A stretch of 64,000 nt of DNA from a virus (lineage: Duplodnaviria; Caudoviricetes), in IMG/VR virus record IMGVR_UViG_3300020047_008132, positions 4,325 through 68,324 of that record; one strand, written 5' to 3'. Under the pieces are notes generated by a model, which made no database searches, had not been told where the DNA came from, and saw only the letters and a program-made list of their open reading frames with translations. Within the stretch, counting starts at the first letter, position 1. Each line of letters begins with the position of its first letter. Shown here piece after piece: positions 27,363 through 36,512 of the stretch. The translations under genes and the position numbers were made by a program.

Positions 27363-27589
27363 TTGTTATATTGTTTTATGACCTGATCATTCAAGTCCAA
27401 CAGAATAATTCTATACCGGTCTTCCTTTATGGCTTTGATAAGCCGGTCAATGGCTTTCTTATTTGACTGGATTGATTGCTTTGTTTCGGACGTGAATACA
27501 ATACGGCCGTTGCCGTGATCAATATTGGCGTAAGTTTCCCCTGGCATGTGGCCGGATGGAATGATGTTGAATGTGAGTTGCTTTGTCAT
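27359..27589 (-). CDS. Hypothetical protein
   Basis: Coupled ORF. Confidence 0.5.
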   Translation of the reverse strand: MTKQLTFNIIPSGHMPGETYANIDHGNGRIVFTSETKQSIQSNKKAIDRLIKAIKEDRYRIILLDLNDQVIKQYNK

Positions 27590-27599
27590 GGTTGGTTAT

Positions 27600-28022
27600 T
27601 TATTTGTTGATTGACTTACTACCTTCTGCAAAATGCGCCACAGCTTTTTCCATATCCTCTTCTGTGAATTGATACTTTTCTTTTGCTTTGTTGACTTGTG
27701 GTATAACAACATTTTCTATAAACGCTTCCATATTAGTTTTCTTATGGTCATTGGCAGTCATCCATGCTTTTGATAAAATAATCAAGTTCTCTTTCAATTC
27801 ATCGCTATCAACATTCTCCCAATCATCAGGCACATCAAACAAAGGCAATTCACCTATCTTCTTTGAGGCGGCTATTACCTTTGAAAATTGTTCTTCATCA
27901 GTTTTGTTGAAAGTGATCTTTTGCGTAACACGATTGTTATAGTAATAATATTCACCTACACCAATTTTATGTTCATCAGAAATAATCAACCAATAATCAT
28001 CTACTTTAAGTGCTGTGTTCAT
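27600..28022 (-). CDS. Hypothetical protein
   Basis: ORF. Confidence 0.55.
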   Translation of the reverse strand: MNTALKVDDYWLIISDEHKIGVGEYYYYNNRVTQKITFNKTDEEQFSKVIAASKKIGELPLFDVPDDWENVDSDELKENLIILSKAWMTANDHKKTNMEAFIENVVIPQVNKAKEKYQFTEEDMEKAVAHFAEGSKSINK

Positions 28023-28025
28023 GGG

Positions 28026-28373
28026 TTATCCTTTTAAGAGTTCGGTGACTGATTTGGATTCTGTTTCCAGCTTTAAGTTTTCTATGTGCCTCATCATTAT
28101 ATCAATATCATTTGCAGTGAAATCCTTTGGTAGAACAATAACGCAATGCCGCCCTCTTTCCAGTGGAATATTAACTACCAGATACCCTAAGCGATCAACG
28201 AGTTCCAACAATCCAAATCTAAACGCCCTCATTGCAAGGATATTTACTTCACACTGCCTTTCTTCATCAGTAAAGGCATCGGATTTCTTCACCATTGCAT
28301 AGTGAGAATTTATCTTCATAGAAACCCAAGCAAGGTCATCTGTGTTGATGTTTTTTGAAATTGTATCATTCAT
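28026..28373 (-). CDS. Hypothetical protein
   Basis: ORF. Confidence 0.55.
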   Translation of the reverse strand: MNDTISKNINTDDLAWVSMKINSHYAMVKKSDAFTDEERQCEVNILAMRAFRFGLLELVDRLGYLVVNIPLERGRHCVIVLPKDFTANDIDIMMRHIENLKLETESKSVTELLKG

Positions 28374-28383
28374 AGGTTTAGAT

Positions 28384-28485
28384 TTACTTTTTATTTTTTT
28401 TCATGTAAAGCCCTGTATAAATAGCTATTCCATACGCTACAGCAATCATCACTATAAACAACAGAAATCTCATATCGTTATTCAT
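28384..28485 (-). CDS. Small single-TM peptide (33 aa, not in track)
   Basis: MNNDMRFLLFIVMIAVAYGIAIYTGLYMKKNKK. Confidence 0.5.
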   Translation of the reverse strand: MNNDMRFLLFIVMIAVAYGIAIYTGLYMKKNKK

Positions 28486-28531
28486 GGTTATCCTTTTAAT
28501 AGTTCGCTTACTGTTTGTTCTTCAGGATTGG

Positions 28532-28738
28532 TTAAAGTATTGGAGGATTAATAACAATCACTCTCTTGTTTTTACCCTTCACTAAATTTCCTGTTCTTTC
28601 AGAAATTCTGTCATCATCGGCATGGTCACAAATATTTTCATCATCAAATGGAATCAATTTCCCATTACGTGTATAAAGGTTAACCTCCATTTCGTCAGGG
28701 TATCCATTAAGAATTTGTTTAAGCTCTTTATTTTTCAT
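28532..28738 (-). CDS. Hypothetical protein
   Basis: MKNKELKQILNGYPDEMEV-type phage early protein. Confidence 0.55.
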   Translation of the reverse strand: MKNKELKQILNGYPDEMEVNLYTRNGKLIPFDDENICDHADDDRISERTGNLVKGKNKRVIVINPPIL

Positions 28739-28787
28739 TGTTAAGATTTTTTTAGGTCAGGAACAGGTATATAAACTTCTTTTGGTG

Positions 28788-29039
28788 TCATGGGTCTGAT
28801 AGTTGTTTTTTAAGTCCTACAATAGTTGCTTCTGGAATAAATGTTGCGTTAATATGCTTATTATATCCTGCATCTTTCATTGTCTGCATACACTCATTCA
28901 ACACATCAATGCAATATTCCAATGTGATCTTGGTGCATTCTTTGGCTGCATTACCTTGTCCAAATATCTCGCTTTGAGGATGGTTTGAATCAACGTATTG
29001 CTCTATTGCTTCTAAATGCTTTTTTTGGAGTTCATTCAT
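28788..29039 (-). CDS. Hypothetical protein
   Basis: ATG at 29039 preferred. Confidence 0.5.
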   Translation of the reverse strand: MNELQKKHLEAIEQYVDSNHPQSEIFGQGNAAKECTKITLEYCIDVLNECMQTMKDAGYNKHINATFIPEATIVGLKKQLSDP

Positions 29040-29097
29040 GATTTTCAATTTTACACGTAAAAGAGAGTATTGAGGTGGTTGTTGGTTAGGATTGGTT

Positions 29098-29385
29098 TTA
29101 CAAATAATACTCCTTAAACCTGGTCCTTTTGCCGTCCTTGTCAACAATCCACCGCTTATGAACCTCAACACCGGCATTTATAAGATGCCTAACAATGGAG
29201 CGTAAATCAGCAATGCCATACATGCCAGCCGTCACGCTGCTTAAGTACAGCCCTGAGTTCAATAAATCGTACACCTTTGCGCATTGATCGCTTAGCTGGT
29301 CTTTATTCAAATCAAAGTGTGCCTGATTGTCCGGCGTATTTTGCCTGATATCTTTTACGGTGAAGTCAATTTCGGATTGTATCAT
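29098..29385 (-). CDS. Winged-HTH-like protein
   Basis: LSSVTAGMYGIADLRSIVRHL..WIV..RFKEY pattern. Confidence 0.55.
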   Translation of the reverse strand: MIQSEIDFTVKDIRQNTPDNQAHFDLNKDQLSDQCAKVYDLLNSGLYLSSVTAGMYGIADLRSIVRHLINAGVEVHKRWIVDKDGKRTRFKEYYL

Positions 29386-29501
29386 GCGTCGTATGTTTTT
29401 TCAGGGAATACGCCTTGATCAGTAATGATTAGCCTGATCGGCTCAGGTATTTCTTCCGGCTGCTCGTCGCCAGGGTCGCGGCCTGTTATGATGTCGTCCA
29501 T
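29382..29501 (-). CDS. Small acidic peptide (39 aa, not in track)
   Basis: MDDIITGRDPGDEQPEE..; ATGA overlap with next gene. Confidence 0.4.
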   Translation of the reverse strand: MDDIITGRDPGDEQPEEIPEPIRLIITDQGVFPEKTYDA

Positions 29502-29838
29502 TGCATCGTGGTTTATCGGTTAGCAAAAAAGTGCCTTTACTTTGAAAGGCTAAGTCACGATTTTACCTGTGTCTGACAATTGTTTTGCCACTCATTACCT
29601 CACAGGGTTTGGGGAGCTACTTACCTGGATATATCACTCCAAGCCAACAAGCAGGGGCTGAATATCTTGAAATCAAAGAACAAAAGAACATTGGCTGCTT
29701 AACCCTTAGTTTCAATTAAGGACAAGTCAGTAGAAAGTTATGTCCGCAGCCAAAGTATTTTCAAAGAACAAGTTCAATGAATCCCGGCCTGCCACCTGAA
29801 GGCTGCTGATTTTACAGAGCCGGGGAACCTAAAAAAAA

Positions 29839-30261
29839 CTACAAAATGGCAATCTGTTCATTGGGTAATGGTATGTTAATTCCGAACTCCTCACTTGCAA
29901 ACTGCCTTACCTGATCGTAGTACTCCTCCGCTTCCACCGTTGACAACCCCGCACTACTTTTCACATATTCAAAGACTGCCCCGGTTTCAACATTGACCTT
30001 TTCAGCTTTCAGGAACCGGCTTTTTAGAACCAGGTGCATTTCATCCTTTGTGAACCCGGTATATTCGGCCATCATGGTCACAATAAGCCAATAGTACCGG
30101 TTCTGCTGAACGCTCCTGTGCTTTCTTTTCCGGCGGACAATAATTTCTATTGACTCCCCTTTGAAAAACTGCCTAATCTCATTTCCGAACTTATGACGCG
30201 GTAACCCTTGTATGGCTCCGTCGTCAGATACCTTGCAGAAGTATTGCAGTTCAAATTTCAT
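29839..30261 (-). CDS. NinB-like protein
   Basis: RSVQQNRYYW..SSAGLS..YYDQV. Confidence 0.75.
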   Translation of the reverse strand: MKFELQYFCKVSDDGAIQGLPRHKFGNEIRQFFKGESIEIIVRRKRKHRSVQQNRYYWLIVTMMAEYTGFTKDEMHLVLKSRFLKAEKVNVETGAVFEYVKSSAGLSTVEAEEYYDQVRQFASEEFGINIPLPNEQIAIL

Positions 30262-30644
30262 TTTCGGGATTCGTAAAAGCGTTCAAGCAAGTCAGCGTCA
30301 ATGGATTTTAGGAACCTGGCAAGCCTGTTTTCATTAATCTCGTCAGCCGTCCCCATCTCCGACGTTGGCGGATAAACAGCCAGGTATTCTTCGTCGCTTT
30401 CCGGATCGTAAAAAGGTAGTTCCCATACAACAAATATGTCCTTGTTGTCAATAGCCCACTGCCTGATTGTGTCAATTTCAATCTTATCAAAAATCTCTTT
30501 GCCCTGACCGTCCAGGTAGTACAATACTTCAATGCCGTCGCTTGTGACCTTGTGCTTTATTATCTCATAACGCCCTATTTCCGGCTCTTTTAGTGGGATA
30601 TATATTCCGCTACCAAAAAACGTATTATTGCTTAAGTTTGACAT
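30258..30644 (-). CDS. Hypothetical protein
   Basis: ORF. Confidence 0.5.
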   Translation of the reverse strand: MSNLSNNTFFGSGIYIPLKEPEIGRYEIIKHKVTSDGIEVLYYLDGQGKEIFDKIEIDTIRQWAIDNKDIFVVWELPFYDPESDEEYLAVYPPTSEMGTADEINENRLARFLKSIDADLLERFYESRK

Positions 30645-30655
30645 GGGTTTGCGGT

Positions 30656-31291
30656 TTAGAACGGTAGATCATCAACTAACTCCTGACTGTTTTCTTCGGC
30701 TGTATTTGGCAGATCAATTACGCCGGGATTCATGAGCAACTTAAACTCTTTTGACTGGCTCATTTTGTCCTTTATGAACTGCGGAAGTTTTGAGTATTCA
30801 ATCGCGCTCCAACTGTCAGTATAATTCAACTCCATATTTGCATTCACCTGATCAGGACAAACAAGGCCCTTTGGCATTGCTGAGCAGGATGAAATTTCTG
30901 CAAACAAGTTACCTTTTTTACTGGTCTTGTGGATTACAGAAATCATACACGGCTTTCCAAGTAATGCCGTTATGTCAAAGGCTTTCGCTTCATCTTCTGT
31001 AAATCCTTTTCCGCGCCATCCTTCCAGGAACTTGCGCAAATTGGCTTTTTCATTCATTGAAAGCGTGAACTCTTTGGAAATAACGAAAGGCTGTTCGCCG
31101 TTTTCTTCTTTGAAAACTTTTGTCTCAGTAGGCAGCTCCCATGATATCCGGACCTTGTTAAGCCATTTGGATTCACCCATTATGTTTTCTTCAACCGTGC
31201 CAATGTGTATCATCTGATAACACCGTGCTACATACGTTCCTGCCGGAACCGGCGTGTGGTCTCCACCGCCTGAATTTGTTGCTGTAATCAT
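30656..31291 (-). CDS. Putative single-stranded DNA-binding protein
   Basis: PVPAGTYVARCY..LLGKPCMI; acidic tail DDLPF. Confidence 0.65.
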   Translation of the reverse strand: MITATNSGGGDHTPVPAGTYVARCYQMIHIGTVEENIMGESKWLNKVRISWELPTETKVFKEENGEQPFVISKEFTLSMNEKANLRKFLEGWRGKGFTEDEAKAFDITALLGKPCMISVIHKTSKKGNLFAEISSCSAMPKGLVCPDQVNANMELNYTDSWSAIEYSKLPQFIKDKMSQSKEFKLLMNPGVIDLPNTAEENSQELVDDLPF

Positions 31292-31392
31292 TTTTGCAGT
31301 TTGTTTTTTTTGTTAGTGAATAATTATTGGAATTTCTGTTGGTAATACTTGTTTTGAAAACTTCGTTATCTTTGCCATTGCAAGTTTGTTTT

Positions 31393-31434
31393 AGCCCTGC
31401 CGGTTTTTTGCATTTCCGGCAGGGCTTTCTTTTT
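31393..31434 (+). terminator. Intrinsic terminator-like hairpin
   Basis: AGCCCTGCCGG / CCGGCAGGGCT followed by TTCTTTTT. Confidence 0.55.
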
Positions 31435-31708
31435 AAAGTTTGGATTTCAGATTGTAAAGGATGGATTCAAGTTCGGCGATGATATCCTCAGCCGGGATTT
31501 CGGTTCCTGAACCATTGCGTAATATATCAGCGGCAATGGTTGAGTCCCTCCATTCATAAATAACAATCTCTCTAAAATCAGAGACGGCAAGGTATTTGGC
31601 TGGCGAAGAATTCGACTTAACACCTATCGGATAAGGCACTTCTTCAACAGCCATTGCGCCGGTAGTTGGGTCAAGTAGGTCCTGAATTGCTTTTGCTTCT
31701 TTTGTCAT
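31433..31708 (-). CDS. Hypothetical protein
   Basis: ORF. Confidence 0.5.
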   Translation of the reverse strand: MTKEAKAIQDLLDPTTGAMAVEEVPYPIGVKSNSSPAKYLAVSDFREIVIYEWRDSTIAADILRNGSGTEIPAEDIIAELESILYNLKSKL

Positions 31709-31730
31709 GTTGCATTTTTTTAAAGTGAAA

Positions 31731-31967
31731 TTATTGATTGATTTCTAAGTTTGAAAGTTTGAGTAAAATAGAACTTTTGCGAGCGTAGTAATTATATAAC
31801 GCAACAACTATCCTTTCATGCCTTGTACGTCCACGCCTGACAGCAGTTTCAACGTCGCGCGAAGTGATCTTCCTTCGTGAAGTGGATGCCATCTTCGCAA
31901 CGATCACATTGTCCCCCCTGGTCATGTATTCCTTTCGCCTTTTTAAAATTGCTTCAGGGATTTTCAT
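31731..31967 (-). CDS. Small basic DNA-binding (Cro-like) protein
   Basis: First gene after a promoter; basic and helical. Confidence 0.4.
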   Translation of the reverse strand: MKIPEAILKRRKEYMTRGDNVIVAKMASTSRRKITSRDVETAVRRGRTRHERIVVALYNYYARKSSILLKLSNLEINQ

Positions 31968-32001
31968 TCGTGTTTTATAGTTTATTGTTGCTTATTGTAG
32001 T

Positions 32002-32009
32002 ACAAATAT
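32002..32009 (-). promoter_or_regulatory. Bacteroidota -7 promoter element
   Basis: TATATTTG on the - strand upstream of the early block matches TAnnTTTG. Confidence 0.55.
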
Positions 32010-32072
32010 AAACAAGATTTTACCAAATGCAACTATTTGTTCATTTTTTTAAAAAATATTTTTTGCCCTGGA

Positions 32073-32699
32073 TTACTTATGATGGTGTGCAAGTTCAGCC
32101 TCTATTTGGGTAGCATATTCTTTTATAAGCTCCACATCGCCCGCCGTAATTGCGTGTTGATGGCTGTACCCGATTGCCAATATCCCGGCAAAATATCCCT
32201 CCTTGTTTTTTAGTTTGAAAAGCCCTGATGATACGATATGATAAAGGCTGTTTATTACAGCCATTGAATCCTTATACTGCAATTCATTGTATTCGGCAAA
32301 CCAATCATTGGCAACTAACTTTTCTAAGTTCCTTTGAAATATTGCCATTGGCTGATTTTGGAATAAATGAATAACCGGCTCCACGCCGTCATCGTTTTTC
32401 TCACATATAATACTCAGCTTCTGTATCGGCTCCCCGGTATAATAGTACCCTCCATTGTGGAATAACCATACATTCACCCTTTGCGCTTGTAGCCGGTGTA
32501 ATAACTCACTACACAAACCATCAAGCCTTTTGTTTTTTTCAACAGCATTGGAAACATTGTGCGGAACCTTATCTTTTTTGTCAAGATACCGCTTAAGAAG
32601 TATCGTAATAACAGGAATACTTGCAACAGTTATTGGAATCAGCAAATGGTCATTTATCCACGCAACGACCTTCCATATATTCATTACTTCTGTTTCCAT
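32073..32699 (-). CDS. N-terminal TM plus GAF-like domain protein (possibly T4-T-like holin)
   Basis: TM, then RVNVWLFHNGG..KLSIICE..GILAIGY GAF-like pattern. Confidence 0.45.
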   Translation of the reverse strand: METEVMNIWKVVAWINDHLLIPITVASIPVITILLKRYLDKKDKVPHNVSNAVEKNKRLDGLCSELLHRLQAQRVNVWLFHNGGYYYTGEPIQKLSIICEKNDDGVEPVIHLFQNQPMAIFQRNLEKLVANDWFAEYNELQYKDSMAVINSLYHIVSSGLFKLKNKEGYFAGILAIGYSHQHAITAGDVELIKEYATQIEAELAHHHK

Positions 32700-33010
32700 T
32701 TGTGAACCATTGCAAAGTTTAAAAGTATGTAAGCCACAAACTCCTCAATCTGAAATCCATGATTTTCGCGCATGAGTGTTTGTACAAAATCAAGCGTACA
32801 AAACGCGAAGTAATTCGCCACTGCCAACTCTCCCCACTTATCCAATTTCTGACCCAAAAGCATTATTATAGGAATCAGACATACGCGCCCGGCCATCGAA
32901 CTATCCCATACCTCCCATTGTCGCTCAGCCTCTGCGTGTCGCCAAAACCAATGTACATTTGTCAACGTCACATCTATGACAATGACAGCAAGCCACCAAA
33001 ATTTTTGCAT
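32684..33010 (-). CDS. Multi-pass membrane protein
   Basis: Several hydrophobic segments. Confidence 0.5.
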   Translation of the reverse strand: MQKFWWLAVIVIDVTLTNVHWFWRHAEAERQWEVWDSSMAGRVCLIPIIMLLGQKLDKWGELAVANYFAFCTLDFVQTLMRENHGFQIEEFVAYILLNFAMVHKWKQK

Positions 33011-33055
33011 CCATGAGAATTTAACGGTGTTTTAGTTCGTAAATTCCAAAACGCT

Positions 33056-33316
33056 TTAAACTTGTTTTGGCCTGGGCCTGGATGGCATCCCGCCGATTTG
33101 TATCGGGTCGCCATCCTCATTCATGCCGTTGACCGGCTCATTGTTCTCAAGTGCCTCCGCAATCTGGTCTTCCAGGTCAAGATAATCAGCCCGCAACTGA
33201 TTGTAATAGTTTACAGGGCTATCATCCCATATCGCATTGAACAAATCGCCGTTGTCGCTTGTGGCCTGTGATCTGGCAGCCACTACCAATGCCGTTTGTT
33301 GTCTTGTTAAAGTCAT
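33056..33316 (-). CDS. Small acidic protein with Pro/Arg tail
   Basis: Ends GDPIQIGGMPSRPRPKQV. Confidence 0.5.
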   Translation of the reverse strand: MTLTRQQTALVVAARSQATSDNGDLFNAIWDDSPVNYYNQLRADYLDLEDQIAEALENNEPVNGMNEDGDPIQIGGMPSRPRPKQV

Positions 33317-34677
33317 GATAAAGGTTTTTTGATTTCAAAATAAGCTATTGAGTACCCGGGAAGGATCATCGTGTCCGCTGGGTTAAATGCCGTTGAAGTA
33401 GTGCTGGCCAGTGATGCGCACCTTCGCCCCGCCGCCAGTGATGGTGCAAAATCAATCACCGTACCATCAACTGATACCTGTGATGGCAGCGTAAGGTCAA
33501 TACCTTTGCGATTCTGAATTACAAGCCTGAGCGTTCCGTCTTTTATGCCGCCGTAAATATCAACAGCCTCATCAATAGCCTGTATCTTGCAAGCCTTAAG
33601 CCCCTGGATGTACAGCATGTTTGCAATAGAAACATATTCAAAGTCAAGATTCGGGACATTCTGCTTTGAAATCCAGGCATTCATTCCGATGTAGCATTGT
33701 CCGATGTATTGAACCTGTCCATCAATGAGCGAATCAATGAAATGCTTTGTGAATCTGGCATAAGCCGACACGATGTAATTTTTGCCACGTATGATACCAG
33801 CCTTATCGTACTCATGCGCCGATACCTGACCTATAAACACCTTGCATCCGGAAAGTACAGACCCCGCTATTGCAGCCGTAAATGCCGGTAGCACATTTCT
33901 GATTGCGTTATCTATTTGTGCTACGTCGCTGTCAATATCTCCTGTCAGTGCCCACATATCCCATCCATGACAGTACTGCCGTATGCACCACTTCTTTTTA
34001 TCAACCGGCTTTACTGATACAATCTCCTCCGCCCATCTTTTTGCTTTTTCCGATATTCCATTCTCTGAATGCCAGAAGTTAGGCGTGTCGAACACGTACC
34101 GGAACCTTTGCTGTGGATATTGTTTCTCAATGGCAGCCTGCCATGTGTAGCACTCATTGGCGTAGTTGGCCCCATTTCCCCACTGCTCCGGTCCTGTTTC
34201 TTCATTGAACTGAATAAAGATTGCTTTCTGTGGCAAAGTTGCGTCAATCTGCCTGTAAAGCTGCTCCAATGTACCCTTAAGCATATTGGCAATGATATAA
34301 TTCTCCGCGCCCATCTTATTGCGCAAAATCATATGGCTATTCCAAAAGTCAAGATTCTTGCCGCCAACTCTGTAATCAGCGCAAAGTTCACCCTGCTTAA
34401 TAGTGCAATCCACCGGAGGTATGGCATTCCATCCATTACCCGCTCCGCCTATATGCAGCCGGTCTTCCACAATGCCATAGTCGCGGCTGAATCCGCCGTT
34501 ACCGTGCGAAATTGAAGTGAACCCCCCTTTAAGGAATTCTGTGAACCATGGATCGGTTTCAACGTCCACCCCAATGGGAGCCTGCCCACCTTTGAAAAAC
34601 ATATCCGTTGAACTTGTTGATCCGAATAGTCTTTTGATTTTCTTTTCCGATGTGGTTACGATTAGCGGGTCGCTCAT
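33313..34677 (-). CDS. Glycoside hydrolase-like (TIM barrel plus beta sandwich) protein
   Basis: QFNEE motif; C-terminal ILPGYSIAYFEI typical of clan-A beta-sandwich ends. Confidence 0.45.
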   Translation of the reverse strand: MSDPLIVTTSEKKIKRLFGSTSSTDMFFKGGQAPIGVDVETDPWFTEFLKGGFTSISHGNGGFSRDYGIVEDRLHIGGAGNGWNAIPPVDCTIKQGELCADYRVGGKNLDFWNSHMILRNKMGAENYIIANMLKGTLEQLYRQIDATLPQKAIFIQFNEETGPEQWGNGANYANECYTWQAAIEKQYPQQRFRYVFDTPNFWHSENGISEKAKRWAEEIVSVKPVDKKKWCIRQYCHGWDMWALTGDIDSDVAQIDNAIRNVLPAFTAAIAGSVLSGCKVFIGQVSAHEYDKAGIIRGKNYIVSAYARFTKHFIDSLIDGQVQYIGQCYIGMNAWISKQNVPNLDFEYVSIANMLYIQGLKACKIQAIDEAVDIYGGIKDGTLRLVIQNRKGIDLTLPSQVSVDGTVIDFAPSLAAGRRCASLASTTSTAFNPADTMILPGYSIAYFEIKKPLS

Positions 34678-34883
34678 TTTGTGGGACTTTTAAGTGTTTC
34701 GATTACCGTTCCCGCGAAGCAGGAAGCAGCAAAGATAAGTAATGAATCAAAGTATTGGAGGTAAGGTACGTCAATCCAACTGAATATCATATTAACAGGT
34801 ATTATAAGGATAGCTACTATTAAAGCAAGCGCAGCCAGCACACGCTTCGATGAAGGCGTACCGGCTGCGCTGAATGCTGCCAT
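34674..34883 (-). CDS. Small 2-TM holin-like protein
   Basis: SSKR followed by two TM helices. Confidence 0.5.
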   Translation of the reverse strand: MAAFSAAGTPSSKRVLAALALIVAILIIPVNMIFSWIDVPYLQYFDSLLIFAASCFAGTVIETLKSPTK

Positions 34884-34908
34884 TATAAAAGAACTCTTTA
34901 CCTGTTGC

Positions 34909-35439
34909 TTAGCCCTCACAAACAAATGTGTCAGCGGGAACGTCGTAAGGTAACGGCAGGTCATTGCTCACCCATGAACATTCAACCTCCCATACAACCT
35001 CTGATTCATCGTCGTTCTGCACGGCTGCCTTTGGCACAATGGCCGCAACGCGGTCAGCCAAATGTACTTGCGTTTCAGTAACAAAAAACGGCTTCCAGTT
35101 GAAGTCCTTTTGAATGGAGTTGTAAAACTGAGCATTGCCGATATAGTTCGGGTCAATGAACTTTAGTTTAAACAGTGAAGAAATCCTGCGCTCATGAACC
35201 TGACCGTAGCCAGGGACAATCTTTGCAGTCCCGCCGTCAAACTCTCCTTGTGTGTTGGGAATCACTAAAACGGTTCCTGCCGCAATAGGACCAGACCAAT
35301 CCGTAGGGTCTGTAGGGTCTGCAATGGTAACGTCTGAACGGATGAATCCAGCCGAACGAATCCGGCCTAATTCGATGTCGCCGCATACCTCACAGGCCGG
35401 CGTCGGTATTGCATTTCCGCAATCATCATAAATGTACAT
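34909..35439 (-). CDS. Putative major tail tube protein
   Basis: Position after neck genes; acidic and beta-rich. Confidence 0.5.
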   Translation of the reverse strand: MYIYDDCGNAIPTPACEVCGDIELGRIRSAGFIRSDVTIADPTDPTDWSGPIAAGTVLVIPNTQGEFDGGTAKIVPGYGQVHERRISSLFKLKFIDPNYIGNAQFYNSIQKDFNWKPFFVTETQVHLADRVAAIVPKAAVQNDDESEVVWEVECSWVSNDLPLPYDVPADTFVCEG

Positions 35440-35470
35440 TGTGATTTTAGTTTAGTTGGTTAAAAAAAAG

Positions 35471-36070
35471 TTATGCCGCACAAAGGACAAAACAGGATTT
35501 GTCATACCTGGTCGCTATTGTGTAATTGATTTGAAAAAGAATGTTATTGGGCTTCAGTTTGTAATCCACGCTACCGGAATACTCCTGAACAAAAACCGAT
35601 CTTGAGTTAAAGTTTGGGGCCAGTGCCTTAATTGACACCATTCGCAAGTTCCATCCACTTACGATCGTACGGTCTATGATGCGCGGAAATCCTGCAATGA
35701 TAGCCGCGTAAAGGGCTTCAGGAGTAATCAGTAGCCGCGCACGATCGCCAAATACGATCATCTGCATCACTGCCGTTTCTGAAATTATATTCTGATCGCG
35801 TCCGTAGTTGTACTTCGCCTCCGGCGCGGAGGTGATTGATCCGGTTTTATGGTAAATGATAATTGGGTGAATGTCATCAATGCCGCAAAATATTTCTTCG
35901 TCTATATTCGAAACAATTACCGGTAAAAGTTCCTCACGTCCATCAACGTTCGTTCTTGGTATGTTTTGAGCAATGCCATAATAAGCCCCTTCCTGGTATA
36001 TATGCCCGGATAAGGAGTTGGCGACAATCTCCTGATTGATGTATGCTATTATGTTGTCAAGCTGTGGCAC
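35471..36070 (-). CDS. Putative tail terminator/completion protein
   Basis: Synteny. Confidence 0.4.
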   Translation of the reverse strand: MPQLDNIIAYINQEIVANSLSGHIYQEGAYYGIAQNIPRTNVDGREELLPVIVSNIDEEIFCGIDDIHPIIIYHKTGSITSAPEAKYNYGRDQNIISETAVMQMIVFGDRARLLITPEALYAAIIAGFPRIIDRTIVSGWNLRMVSIKALAPNFNSRSVFVQEYSGSVDYKLKPNNILFQINYTIATRYDKSCFVLCAA

Positions 36071-36512
36071 CAGTGATTATTTTCTGTAAATATTCAGTAC
36101 TAATTTCAAGAATCATGTCTTTTTCCTCAGCCGTCAGATCGTAAACATTCTTTTCAAAATGCTCTTGTACCCATTGCGACTTATCGGCATTTAGTGAGTT
36201 TTTAAACCCAAGCCCCCAGCGTCCACCCTGGCCAACGACGGCGGAAAAATCATCCTCCATCTGTCTGGTAAGGGATAGTACCACTTTTTTTCCTTCAAGC
36301 CTACCATACTTGCGCTCCCTTAGCCGTAAGTAGTTATTCTCATAACTGCCAATAGGCGACCCATCAGCGGCCTTGCCTTGTATATGTATTCGGTTGTGAA
36401 CTGTCGAAATTATACCGGTAGCGACTACCCGCGTGAAGTTCTCAGGTTTGATAGCCTCCTCAATCCTCATTGCCAAAGTCCCCAACACCTCTGATATGTT
36501 TGATGTTATCAT
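36057..36512 (-). CDS. Putative neck/tail completion protein
   Basis: RIHIQGKAADG..LSLTRQM pattern; synteny. Confidence 0.5.
   Translation of the reverse strand: MITSNISEVLGTLAMRIEEAIKPENFTRVVATGIISTVHNRIHIQGKAADGSPIGSYENNYLRLRERKYGRLEGKKVVLSLTRQMEDDFSAVVGQGGRWGLGFKNSLNADKSQWVQEHFEKNVYDLTAEEKDMILEISTEYLQKIITGATA

Noticed and set aside
29505-29835. tRNA genes
   Set aside because: No cloverleaf or TTCRA T-loop could be identified by eye
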